From the NCBI GenBank assembly GCA_963742355.1, contig CAVULQ010000005.1, positions 774,065 to 806,064 on the forward strand: 32,000 nt of DNA, read 5' to 3'. Made by a program: the position numbers and the translations under genes. Origin of the DNA: an uncultured Alphaproteobacteria bacterium (GTDB lineage: Bacteria; Pseudomonadota; Alphaproteobacteria; Rhizobiales; Methyloligellaceae). The notes under the pieces are model-generated. The model was not told the DNA's origin. It did no database searches and was given only the letters and a program-made list of their open reading frames with translations. Positions 1 to 7,714 of this stretch are shown here, piece after piece (positions within the stretch are counted from its first letter, which is position 1; every line of letters starts with the position of its first letter).

Positions 1-1073
1 CCCGAGGTGGCGATCGTGGTTTCGAGCGAATCCTCGGCCATCCTCTGCAGCCCGGTATCGACGGTGGTGCGGGCGACGAGGATATGGTCTTCCTGACCCT
101 TCATCAGCCGCTGCACCTGCTCGAAGGCCCAATCGAGAAAGTAGTCAGGCGTGTTGGTGTCGGTGCGCTCGACGATCTTTGCGGGATTCATGCGGGCGCC
201 ATAGACTTGGCCTTCGCTCATGTAGCCGGCCTCGACCATGTTGCTCAGCACTTCGTTGGCGCGGGCGCGTGAGGCGGCGAGGTTGACGTGCGGGGCATAG
301 CGCGTGGGCGCCTTGAACATGCCGGCAAGCATAGCGGCTTCGGCGAGGTTCACCTCGCGAATCGACTTGCCGAAATAATATTGGGCCGCAGCCTCGACCC
401 CGTAGGAACCGCCGCCGAGATAGGCGCGGTCGAAATAGAGCTTGAGGATCTCGGGCTTGGTGTAGTGGTTCTCGAGATAGATGGCGATGAACGCTTCCTT
501 GATCTTGCGGCTCAAGGAGCGCTCGGGGGAGAGGAACATGTTCTTGGCGAGCTGCTGGGTCAGCGAGCTACCACCCTGAACCACCGTGTCGTGCTGTGCA
601 TTGGCGGCAAGCGCGCGGAAGGTGCCCATGACGTCTACGCCGAAATGCTCGAAGAAGCGCCGGTCCTCGGTCGCGAGCGTCGCCTTGATCATGAAGTCGG
701 GAATTTCCTCGAGCGGCACCGAATCGTCGCGCAACAGGCCACGCTTGCCGATCTCATTGCCGTACCGGTCGAGGAAGGTGACGCTATACTCGTCGGACAG
801 GTTGATCTTGCCTTGGGCGACCTCGAAGGCCGGAAGGGCGAAGGCCGTGACCACGAGGAGTCCGCCGACGCTGAGCGTCAGCGCCTCGCAGGCGAGCTCG
901 TCGAGTGCGCGGACGAAGCCCTTGACCTCGAACTTTCCGAAGAAGGAGGAGTAGGCGCTCCACCAGTCGCGGAATCCTATCCAGGAGTTATAGAGGCCTG
1001 AATCGATCCAGGAATTGATCTTAAGCCAATCGATCAGCTTAGTCCTGCGACTGCCTTGGAAAATGTCCCGCAC
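1..1073 (-). CDS. Class A penicillin-binding protein (PBP1A family): N-terminal anchor plus GT51 transglycosylase domain. The 3' end lies beyond the window start.
   Basis: Absent from the ORF track because it has a GTG start at 1073 and runs off the left edge. My reverse translation reads VRDIFQGSRRTKLIDWLKINSW...IKATLATEDRRFFEHFGVDVM...QGGSSLTQQLAKNMFLSPERSLSRKIKEAFIAIYLE. EDxxFxxH and GGSxLTQQ are signature GT51 motifs. The + strand ORFs 288..1001 and 586..954 are antisense shadows. Confidence 0.8.
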   Translation of the reverse strand, partial: MRDIFQGSRRTKLIDWLKINSWIDSGLYNSWIGFRDWWSAYSSFFGKFEVKGFVRALDELACEALTLSVGGLLVVTAFALPAFEVAQGKINLSDEYSVTFLDRYGNEIGKRGLLRDDSVPLEEIPDFMIKATLATEDRRFFEHFGVDVMGTFRALAANAQHDTVVQGGSSLTQQLAKNMFLSPERSLSRKIKEAFIAIYLENHYTKPEILKLYFDRAYLGGGSYGVEAAAQYYFGKSIREVNLAEAAMLAGMFKAPTRYAPHVNLAASRARANEVLSNMVEAGYMSEGQVYGARMNPAKIVERTDTNTPDYFLDWAFEQVQRLMKGQEDHILVARTTVDTGLQRMAEDSLETTIATS

Positions 1074-1279
1074 CGTGCCCCGACCTCTCGCGCGCGCAAC
1101 CGCCCCGGCGGGCTGGCCTCACCCAATCAACCGCCTGGACGGGGATAACGAAGGCGAAAGTACACCGCGATTGAGGCGTTTTGTAGAGAATCTGAACGGG
1201 GGTGGCATAGGGCCGGCCCCAGAGGCCGGCTTAGGCACTCCCTGGTAGGTCGACAAATTCCAGTCCGAGAGGACGTCAC

Positions 1280-1570
1280 CTATTGCTGTACCTCGAAGCC
1301 GCGGCCCTTCATGCAGTCGATATAGTCCTGGTCAGCCGAACCCTTGCGGAAGCGGGAAAAAATGGCGGTGATGGAGGCAATGCCCTTGTTCGCGGTCTCC
1401 AACTTGCAAGCGGCCTCGGCCGCCTCCAGTGTATTGCCGCTCTCGGTAGCCTTTTCCGGCCGCTGGTTGACCTGGGTGAAGTCGCGCGCCGCCGGCTCGG
1501 TGTGGCTACAGCCCTGAAGCAAGGCCCCGAGCAGACAATAGACCAGCACCGCCCTTTGCACGTTCGCCAT
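1280..1570 (-). CDS. Small lipoprotein (hypothetical)
   Basis: 96-aa ORF. The signal peptide ends in a lipobox, LLQG-C (MANVQRAVLVYCLLGALLQGC). A GAGGG Shine-Dalgarno-like sequence lies just upstream. Confidence 0.6.
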   Translation of the reverse strand: MANVQRAVLVYCLLGALLQGCSHTEPAARDFTQVNQRPEKATESGNTLEAAEAACKLETANKGIASITAIFSRFRKGSADQDYIDCMKGRGFEVQQ

Positions 1571-1749
1571 ACCCTCGACCGGTCCCCTCCGGACAGTATC
1601 TCAGTGCGCACGCGCCATGGCGAGCCTAAGCGTCCCGGCGGAAATGCGCTCAACTCGAAGGGTCATTCGGCGAAAGTTAAGGCCGAAAGATGAAGGCGCG
1701 CTTGATCGGCGGGCAAGGCGCGACAGAAAAGCGCGCCTCACTGATGGCG

Positions 1750-2481
1750 TCACCAGAGATAGGGCACGAGGCGGTAGCGGACGCGGTTCGCGTAGTCGAC
1801 ATAGCCGGCAAGCTCGGCCTTGAGCATGCGCTCCTCCAGCACGGCGCGGACGCCGATCAAGACGGTGAACAGGGCCCCGGCAGCAAGCCCCCACCACGAG
1901 CCGAGGAGAAGCGGCGCGCCGATGTTGATCAGCAGCGCCCCGGCATACATCGGATGGCGAACATAGGCGTAAGGTCCGCTCGAGATGACCCGATGCGCGC
2001 GCTCTTTCTGGATCTTGACCACGGGCGCGGCGAAGCTGTTCGCCCTGAAGGTCAGCCACACGAGATAGCAGCCGAGGATAAGGAGGAGGAAACCGACGAT
2101 CTCCGCATAGAGCGGGACATGCGACCAGCGATAGCGGACATCGAGCCCCATCACAGCGATCCAGGCGAACCACAGCACCAGCATCATGGCCATGAACAGC
2201 TTGTCCCAACCCTTCTGGTCGCGCTGGATGAGAGACCCCAAGCGTTCGTTGAGCAACGCAGGGTCGTGGCGGGCGAGCCAAAAGCCTCCGCCGAAGCTGA
2301 TGATCGCGGCCCAGGCAAGATAGATCCAGGCTCCCGGCCAGTGAAAAGTCCCAGCCGTCGCGAACAGCAAGACGGCAAGCAGGACGAGCCAGATCGTCGT
2401 GCGGATGACGAACTTCCGCAGGAGACGGGCAGGGACCAAGGGCTCGGTCATGGATTGGCGTCGTGGCTCGGTTTGTTTCAC
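1750..2481 (-). CDS. Isoprenylcysteine carboxyl methyltransferase / phospholipid methyltransferase family membrane protein
   Basis: 243-aa polytopic membrane ORF with the C-terminal family motif SSGPYAYVRHPMYAGALL. The start may be the downstream Met (MTEPLV). Confidence 0.8.
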   Translation of the reverse strand: MKQTEPRRQSMTEPLVPARLLRKFVIRTTIWLVLLAVLLFATAGTFHWPGAWIYLAWAAIISFGGGFWLARHDPALLNERLGSLIQRDQKGWDKLFMAMMLVLWFAWIAVMGLDVRYRWSHVPLYAEIVGFLLLILGCYLVWLTFRANSFAAPVVKIQKERAHRVISSGPYAYVRHPMYAGALLINIGAPLLLGSWWGLAAGALFTVLIGVRAVLEERMLKAELAGYVDYANRVRYRLVPYLW

Positions 2482-2580
2482 GATGGCGTGAGGGGCGAGG
2501 CGTTTCCCTCGTCAAGCTACCCCCGCGCATCTAGCATCCCACATAATCTTCGCCTGGGACTTGGCAAGGAGGCTCTTCCG

Positions 2581-2952
2581 ATGAGGATTCTTTCGATTGG
2601 GGTAGGACTGGCGCGCGTGTCGCTGCTTGGCGTGTATGTCGCGGTGCTGATGGGGGCAGGGGTTGCGATGACGCAACGCGCCTCGGCAGCAGACTGCGAT
2701 TCCGGCAGCACCGACGAGCGCGTGGCCTGTCTCACCCAGAAGGTCGCAGATCTTCAGGCCAAGTTCGACGATCTGACCAAGGAGACGCTGAAGTGGAACG
2801 ATCGCATCGCGCTCCGCAATGAGGACATGCGCATCTTCCCCCGCTGCCTCGAGAATCCCGGACCGAACACGAAGGGCCTCACCGACGTGTTCGCCAATTC
2901 CTGCGCCAAGATTCCGGCGCAGACTTGGATGATCGCCAAGCCCTATCAATAG
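2581..2952 (+). CDS. Secreted hypothetical protein
   Basis: Internal ATG of track ORF 1690..2952, preceded by AAGGAGG. It has a signal-peptide-like N-terminus (MRILSIGVGLARVSLLGVYVAVLMGAGVAMTQRASA) and 4 Cys. The upstream part of the long ORF is antisense to the methyltransferase gene. Confidence 0.5.
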   Translation: MRILSIGVGLARVSLLGVYVAVLMGAGVAMTQRASAADCDSGSTDERVACLTQKVADLQAKFDDLTKETLKWNDRIALRNEDMRIFPRCLENPGPNTKGLTDVFANSCAKIPAQTWMIAKPYQ

Positions 2953-3091
2953 CGGTTTGCCGCCCCTGCGACATAAGCGCCGGTCTTGTCGCGGCGCGGA
3001 ACCGCCTTCGATCAGAGGCGTTGCCTCTTCGCCCTGGGGAGCTGGGCCAGATGGGACAGAACTGAACAGTTCACCAAGGAAGGTAAATCTC

Positions 3092-3364
3092 ATGATCAGG
3101 ACCTATGTCACGTCGGCGCTAGCCGGCGCGTTCGTGCTTGGCGCCGCCACCGTGGCGCTCGCCGCAACCGGCCAGTTCGACAATATGTGCAGCTGGGGCC
3201 TCGCCAATCACAAGGACGTGCAGACGGATTGCTCCATCAACGCGTCACTCAAAGGCAAGACGTACTGCTTCAGCAGCAACGACGCCAAAACGAACTTCAT
3301 GAAGAGTCCCGACGCCAATCTTGCCAAGGCCGAGACCTTCTACAAGAGCGAGCACAAAGGCTAA
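3092..3364 (+). CDS. Small periplasmic protein, possibly YHS/TRASH-like
   Basis: ATG at 3092 follows AAGGAAGG. The signal peptide is MIRTYVTSALAGAFVLGAATVALA. GKTYCFSSNDAKTNFMKSP resembles the YxFxSxxxxxxF core of YHS-type domains, from memory only. Confidence 0.55.
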   Translation: MIRTYVTSALAGAFVLGAATVALAATGQFDNMCSWGLANHKDVQTDCSINASLKGKTYCFSSNDAKTNFMKSPDANLAKAETFYKSEHKG

Positions 3365-3528
3365 GCGCCGGACGATTTGAGTTTGGGGCGCCCGCTCGCG
3401 GGCGTCCCAAGGGATGGCATCGAAGGGTCCGCCTGTGCGCGGGCCCTTCGCGCGTCTGGCCTCGCGCGCTATGCTACATTTCCCATGACACGCGGGAATG
3501 ATACCCGCGATTCCAGGGAGGAAGTGGC

Positions 3529-3951
3529 ATGTCGAATTATGCCTCGCTCGCGCGGTCCGCTCTCGGCGCGCTCGTCGTCGCGCTGCCGATCGTCGCGATC
3601 GAGGTCAGCGCCGCGGAGCCGTCGCAAGCGGCAGAGGCGGGATTGGCCAATGGCCAAGCGGCTGAAGCCACCGAGCCGGTCCGTCCGCCGGGCTTCGCCT
3701 GTGGCGATAAGGAGCTGACGGGAAGCGGGCCGGGCTTCGACAGCTCGCGCGAGCACTCGCAAGAGACGGCGAAGGCGGACTGGCTCGCCAAGGCCCGCGC
3801 CATCTATGCCGACGCGAGTTGGGAGACGGCGAAGGAGTTGAGTCTCACCTGCGCGCAGCAGGGGCTCTACTCAAAATGCTTCGCCAGCGCCATTCCCTGC
3901 GGCGTGCAGAAATCTTCCGCCGCAGCGGAGCCGCCGGCAAAGAGCAACTGA
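3529..3951 (+). CDS. Secreted hypothetical protein
   Basis: 140-aa ORF with GGGAGGA upstream, a hydrophobic N-terminal signal-like segment and 4 Cys in the mature part. Confidence 0.5.
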   Translation: MSNYASLARSALGALVVALPIVAIEVSAAEPSQAAEAGLANGQAAEATEPVRPPGFACGDKELTGSGPGFDSSREHSQETAKADWLAKARAIYADASWETAKELSLTCAQQGLYSKCFASAIPCGVQKSSAAAEPPAKSN

Positions 3952-4139
3952 CGCTTCGCGCAATTTCGAAATCTCGAAGTTTGGATTAGGTGTGCGTGAG
4001 CTCCGCTGCACTGGGGAACGCCATCGCAAGCGACGGCCATACTCTCAGGGGGTCACCCACGCACTAAGCAACAGTGCGCTCTTTCTGGTTATGAAGCGAG
4101 AACATTCGCTGCGTCGCTGCGACGCCGCTCGATTCAATA

Positions 4140-4328
4140 TTACCGGTTGCGCGGCTTGCGCTTGCCGAAGCCCTCGTCGCGGTGCGAGCGAGATGAGGTC
4201 TCGACTTTTTGCGATCTTGCGCCCGGTTGGGCAACGCGCGAGGGGTGCGCCTTCGGCGAGGTGCCGAGCAGCTTGCTCAAGCGCCCCAGCAAAGTTGCTT
4301 TGCCGCGCGGCTTCTTCTCGAATGCCAT
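4140..4328 (-). CDS. Possible small basic protein (62 aa)
   Basis: Third-codon positions are mostly G/C, unlike the overlapping frames. However, the SD (GAGGA) abuts the ATG and I recognise no family. Confidence 0.3.
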   Translation of the reverse strand: MAFEKKPRGKATLLGRLSKLLGTSPKAHPSRVAQPGARSQKVETSSRSHRDEGFGKRKPRNR

Positions 4329-4421
4329 TCCTCATTGGCGCAGAACTCTCTTAAGATATGTGCCGATGGCATAAGATATCTGCCGATGGCTTGCGGGGCC
4401 GGCGTAAACATGGAGAGCGTC

Positions 4422-4688
4422 ATGGTGAAGACGATCACGACAATCTTGCTCGGGCTCGCGGCTTTGGCCGGCCCGGCGCTGGCCGAGACCTCCACGGCGG
4501 CAGCACCGGCGAAATGCGAGGTGGCAGAGGTCAATCCCGTCACCGGCTATGTGGGCTGCATCAAGCCGCTCGGCGCTCCGGTCGATCCTCCGCCCGCCGA
4601 GGCCGCCGCGCCGTGCAATCCCGATCAAGCGCGCGGTCAGTGGACCTGGGGCCCGAACTGCACCGAGCTCGATCTCAAGGGCATGTGA
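4422..4688 (+). CDS. Small secreted Cys-containing protein
   Basis: ATG at 4422 follows GGAGAG. The signal peptide is MVKTITTILLGLAALAGPALA, and the mature part has 4 Cys. Confidence 0.55.
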   Translation: MVKTITTILLGLAALAGPALAETSTAAAPAKCEVAEVNPVTGYVGCIKPLGAPVDPPPAEAAAPCNPDQARGQWTWGPNCTELDLKGM

Positions 4689-4698
4689 GGCGGGAGGC

Positions 4699-4902
4699 AT
4701 GACCCTCGCCAAGCCGGGAGGCTGGTACTTCTTCGTGGCGTGCGCGAGCTGCGGCCGACGGATCATGTTTCGGGAAGCGTCCCCGCTCGCGGAGGACGAG
4801 CATCCGGCCGGCGGGACACTGATCTGTCCTCATTGCGGGGCCGAGCACAGCTACCTTGCCTCGCAAGTGCAGCGCGGCCAGGTCCGCGAGAAGGGCGCGT
4901 AG
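4699..4902 (+). CDS. Small zinc-ribbon protein
   Basis: ATG at 4699 follows GGGAGG. Two CxxC pairs are present (CASCGRR...CPHCGAE). It lies 11 nt after the preceding stop, which suggests an operon. Confidence 0.55.
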   Translation: MTLAKPGGWYFFVACASCGRRIMFREASPLAEDEHPAGGTLICPHCGAEHSYLASQVQRGQVREKGA

Positions 4903-4937
4903 CTCCGAAAAGACAGAGGTGCTTGGACGGCCGAACG

Positions 4938-5198
4938 CTATGAGTGCTGGTCGCGCTTTGCGTCGAAGATGAAGACGACGTTGGCGAGCTCGTCAGCGAT
5001 GCCGTCCGACGCTTCACGCAGAGGACGCGCGGGGATCTGCCAAAACCCTCGCATGGTGGTCGCTTCTTGCTGACAGTCCGAGCAGTGGACGGCGCCGTCG
5101 GAAGAGAGCCAGAAGGTGAAGCACCCGCAGCGGCACTGCCACACCTCTGGCTCGGGCCTGACGGGCTTCGCGGGCGTGTTGAATTCGATCACGGACAT
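4938..5198 (-). CDS. Hypothetical Cys-rich protein (86 aa)
   Basis: Track ORF with GGGGAG upstream and a CRCGC...CSDC putative metal-binding cluster. Confidence 0.5.
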   Translation of the reverse strand: MSVIEFNTPAKPVRPEPEVWQCRCGCFTFWLSSDGAVHCSDCQQEATTMRGFWQIPARPLREASDGIADELANVVFIFDAKRDQHS

Positions 5199-5327
5199 GG
5201 CCGCTCCCCCATGGCGTTAGCCGGCACGAGCGCGCGCGAATCACCTGATCGCTCGGGTGCAATGGTGAGGCGGAATTGGTGAAGCGAAGGTTAACGGCCG
5301 AGCAGACCAGACGCCTACGTAACTGTC

Positions 5328-5507
5328 TCAGCTAGGCTTATCGTCAATCGTCGCGGAAACGACTTTGGTGTCCCTGAAAGCCTTGCTGATTTCTTCTGTG
5401 GTCTCTTTGATGGCCTGCCGCAATGCTTCCGACATATCGGCTCGGCTATCACGCTCCTTCGGCTCCTCGTCGATGAAAAGCTGATCGCTATTGTTTCGGC
5501 CCATCAT
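5328..5507 (-). CDS. Unlisted 59-codon ORF overlapping the 3' end of the proteasome-like gene
   Basis: One codon under the track's apparent length cutoff. My translation is MMGRNNSDQLFIDEEPKERDSRADMSEALRQAIKETTEEISKAFRDTKVVSATIDDKPS, highly charged. It overlaps the upstream gene by 20 nt in another frame. An internal ATG (MSEALRQ...) is an alternative start. Confidence 0.3.
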   Translation of the reverse strand: MMGRNNSDQLFIDEEPKERDSRADMSEALRQAIKETTEEISKAFRDTKVVSATIDDKPS

Positions 5508-6795
5508 CCTTCTCCGCGGCTGGTGGTCTTCTAACGCGGTCGAAGTACCGAGCGTTCAGTTCTGGTGGGAAATAATGCTTCCTTTTCACCCAAACAAAGC
5601 CCTCTGCCTTAGATATCACCGCAACGTCGATCGGTCCGCCGACCGTTTCCATTCCCCGAGAAACTCGTCGCTTAATGGAGGTGAGTTCTACCAATGCCTC
5701 TGCCATCTTTGCGAGCTCCGGCTTCGGCATAAACTCTACCATATCTTCAATTTCCTTGCGTGACTGCTCTCTTATCGTCTTAAACGCTTTATCGTTCAAA
5801 CTAGCGAGAAATGAGGCCTCCGCAGTCTTGGCGCTTTTCTTTAAGGCATCTAATTTTGCTTTACTTCTTACTTTGACTTTATCGAAGATTTCATCCGATA
5901 TTTTTGACACGCCCTCCCGACAAAAATCCTTCACCCCCTTCTGTATTTCGTCGTCGAGGCCGTAAAGAAATCTGTCCACCATTTCTTTTTGAGCGAACGG
6001 AAGTACTGCCGCCTTCGCTCCTTCTCGATCAATATCGTATTTTCCAGTCACCCTGTATTTTACTGCGCTAATGAGTAAGCCATCTATTTCATTGGATATA
6101 AGCTTTGGGAAACGTTCCTTTGCTCCAAAACCAGCAACGACAATGCCAGTGCGAGAACTAGAAAAATAATCCTTAGTGATAACAAGCTCGCAAACTTTGA
6201 GCAATCTTCCGTCATCAAAGCTAGAAAATCTCGGATCGATCAGCCCTTCAAGGAACTCTCTATCTTCTTTCCTCAATATAATTTTCGCGGCATCAATAAA
6301 ATCTGCCTTCTTACGTTTTGATAGACTGGTTATAAACGGGTCAACTATGTGAGAAAAAACAATAGCCGCGATTTCGTCGACAGATTTTCCTGGAAACTCA
6401 TCATTGAACAGCGCCCCCATAAACTGGTCCTCATGCGCATCAGTTATATATTTCAGAACTGGGGTAACGTCCTTCAGTGAGCGCTCTAATACTTTTTCAG
6501 GGCTTTCCTGCCCTATTTCATTCAAATATTTTAGAAAAGAGCGAGCCGCCTGCTCAACGGTATCAAAGTTGTTATGGATCTCTCTGAAAGCTTTTATCAG
6601 TGAAGGTAGTGGCATTTCCATGAATGAAAGGCCATTATACACCATTATTCCAATGGGTTGAGTGAGAGAAAGCTCGAACAATTTGTCGGCTGTGTCGAAT
6701 ATCTTTTCCTGCTTCTGGCCCGCAGATATCGTGACCGCGTTGTCGGCAGCAAGGGCCACCGCAGTCTTATTCAAGATGGCTATCTCAGCCGTCAT
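5488..6795 (-). CDS. Orphan large proteasome-beta/HslV-like (Ntn hydrolase fold) protein with large helical insertions
   Basis: The track ORF is 440 aa from a TTG at 6810. I prefer the ATG at 6795, which gives MTAEIAILNKTAVALAADNAVT. Codon usage is visibly AT-rich, unlike all neighbours. Thr directly follows Met, Asp sits at +17, and Lys at +30 and +37 are followed by IF/LF. There is a central GIVVAGFG strand. The C-terminal GGPIDVAVISKAEGFVWV resembles the SGGxIxVxxIxKDG strands of proteasome subunits. Confidence 0.75.
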   Translation of the reverse strand: MTAEIAILNKTAVALAADNAVTISAGQKQEKIFDTADKLFELSLTQPIGIMVYNGLSFMEMPLPSLIKAFREIHNNFDTVEQAARSFLKYLNEIGQESPEKVLERSLKDVTPVLKYITDAHEDQFMGALFNDEFPGKSVDEIAAIVFSHIVDPFITSLSKRKKADFIDAAKIILRKEDREFLEGLIDPRFSSFDDGRLLKVCELVITKDYFSSSRTGIVVAGFGAKERFPKLISNEIDGLLISAVKYRVTGKYDIDREGAKAAVLPFAQKEMVDRFLYGLDDEIQKGVKDFCREGVSKISDEIFDKVKVRSKAKLDALKKSAKTAEASFLASLNDKAFKTIREQSRKEIEDMVEFMPKPELAKMAEALVELTSIKRRVSRGMETVGGPIDVAVISKAEGFVWVKRKHYFPPELNARYFDRVRRPPAAEKDDGPKQ

Positions 6796-6995
6796 TGATT
6801 TGACCAGCAAGTGAAAGCGACGCTAGTGGCAATCCCAGGCTCGCAGCTAGTGCCTCGGTTGGCGCAACTGCCCCCTTGTGCCCGAGTCGTGCCGAACCCC
6901 CAACAGGATTAGTTGTACCTTCTTTGATTTCCCTCGTTGCGACCAAGGGGAACAGCGCCCAAAGGTATGTGAAAAATAGCCTAGGAAAAAAGTCC

Positions 6996-7024
6996 TTGAC
7001 AGCGTGACGCTGTTTGGGTAGGGT
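6996..7024 (+). promoter_or_regulatory. Sigma-70-like promoter facing the GTA cluster
   Basis: TTGACA (6996-7001), a 17-nt spacer, then TAGGGT (7019-7024). The spacer contains the palindrome AGCGT-G-ACGCT (7001-7011). Confidence 0.45.
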
Positions 7025-7052
7025 TCAGCTACAACACGACAGTTGCGCGAGC

Positions 7053-7085
7053 CGCCGCTTCCGAAGGGAGGCGGCGTTTTTGTTT
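7053..7085 (+). terminator. Intrinsic terminator-like hairpin in the leader upstream of GTA g1
   Basis: A 10-bp stem (7053-7062 pairs with 7067-7076, one G-U pair) with a GAAG loop, followed by TTTTTGTTT. The T-run is present only on the + strand. Confidence 0.6.
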
Positions 7086-7129
7086 AAGGCTCGCGCGACG
7101 GCGGCCACACTTCCGACATCGGCAATGAC

Positions 7130-7714
7130 ATGGAGCAGGACGACCCTCAGCCCGAGGGCGAAGCGGATGCGCATGCGGCGCATCGCGACGGCGTCGACTG
7201 GGAGGAGATCAAGCACGCCGTCATCGACGGCGACTGGTCGCTGCAGCGGATCGCGGAAGCGCACGGCGTCGGCGAAACCACGATCAGAACCCGGATGCAG
7301 AAAGAGCGCTGGGTCCGCCTGGTCGGCACCAAGCCGTTGCCCTCGGGGCGGCGCGCGGGAGCACTGGGCGTGCCCAAAGAAAAGCGAGCGAAGCCCAAAC
7401 CGTTTCGCCGGCGGCAGATGGTGCAGCGGCTGTTCCAGGTGCTGGACGCCAAGTTGACGGAGATCGAGAAGCGCATGGCAGCAGGACAAAGCGGAGAGGC
7501 GACGGCGAGCGCGGCCGACGCCGAGCGCGACGCGCGCAGCCTCGCGGCGCTTGCGCGGCTTTACGCCAAGCTCGTCGAGCTTGACGAGGCGGCGAAGCAA
7601 GGAGGACAGGGCAGCACGCAAGAGAGCGCCAAGGAGACGAGCGAAGATGCGGACAGACTCCGCCAGGATCTTGCGCTCCGCCTTAAGCGCGTCGATCGAC
7701 CAGGGGACGCTTAG
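7130..7714 (+). CDS. GTA g1-like protein (HTH, putative small terminase or DNA-recognition subunit)
   Basis: 194-aa ORF immediately upstream of and overlapping TerL. It has an HTH-like segment (WSLQRIAEAHGVGETTIRTRMQKERW) and a charged coiled C-terminus. The call rests mainly on position. Confidence 0.6.
   Translation: MEQDDPQPEGEADAHAAHRDGVDWEEIKHAVIDGDWSLQRIAEAHGVGETTIRTRMQKERWVRLVGTKPLPSGRRAGALGVPKEKRAKPKPFRRRQMVQRLFQVLDAKLTEIEKRMAAGQSGEATASAADAERDARSLAALARLYAKLVELDEAAKQGGQGSTQESAKETSEDADRLRQDLALRLKRVDRPGDA

Noticed and set aside
288-1001. 237-aa + strand ORF (and nested 586..954)
   Set aside because: It is antisense to a clear GT51 transglycosylase reading frame on the - strand. Its composition is typical of a shadow ORF in GC-rich DNA.
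1601-2952. Long ORFs 1601..2530 (-, 309 aa) and 1690..2952 (+, 420 aa)
   Set aside because: Both overlap the well-supported methyltransferase gene in other frames or on the other strand and have Arg/Pro/Ala-rich low-complexity translations. Only the last 372 nt of the + ORF (2581..2952), with its own RBS and signal peptide, looks genuine.
6811-6995. Searched the islet's right border for a tRNA gene, tRNA 3' fragment or att-type direct repeat matching the left border (about 5290-5340)
   Set aside because: I could recognise no cloverleaf-compatible sequence or T-loop (GGTTCGAAT-like) motif, and only trivial 6-7 nt matches (AGCTAGG versus AGCCTAGG) between the borders.
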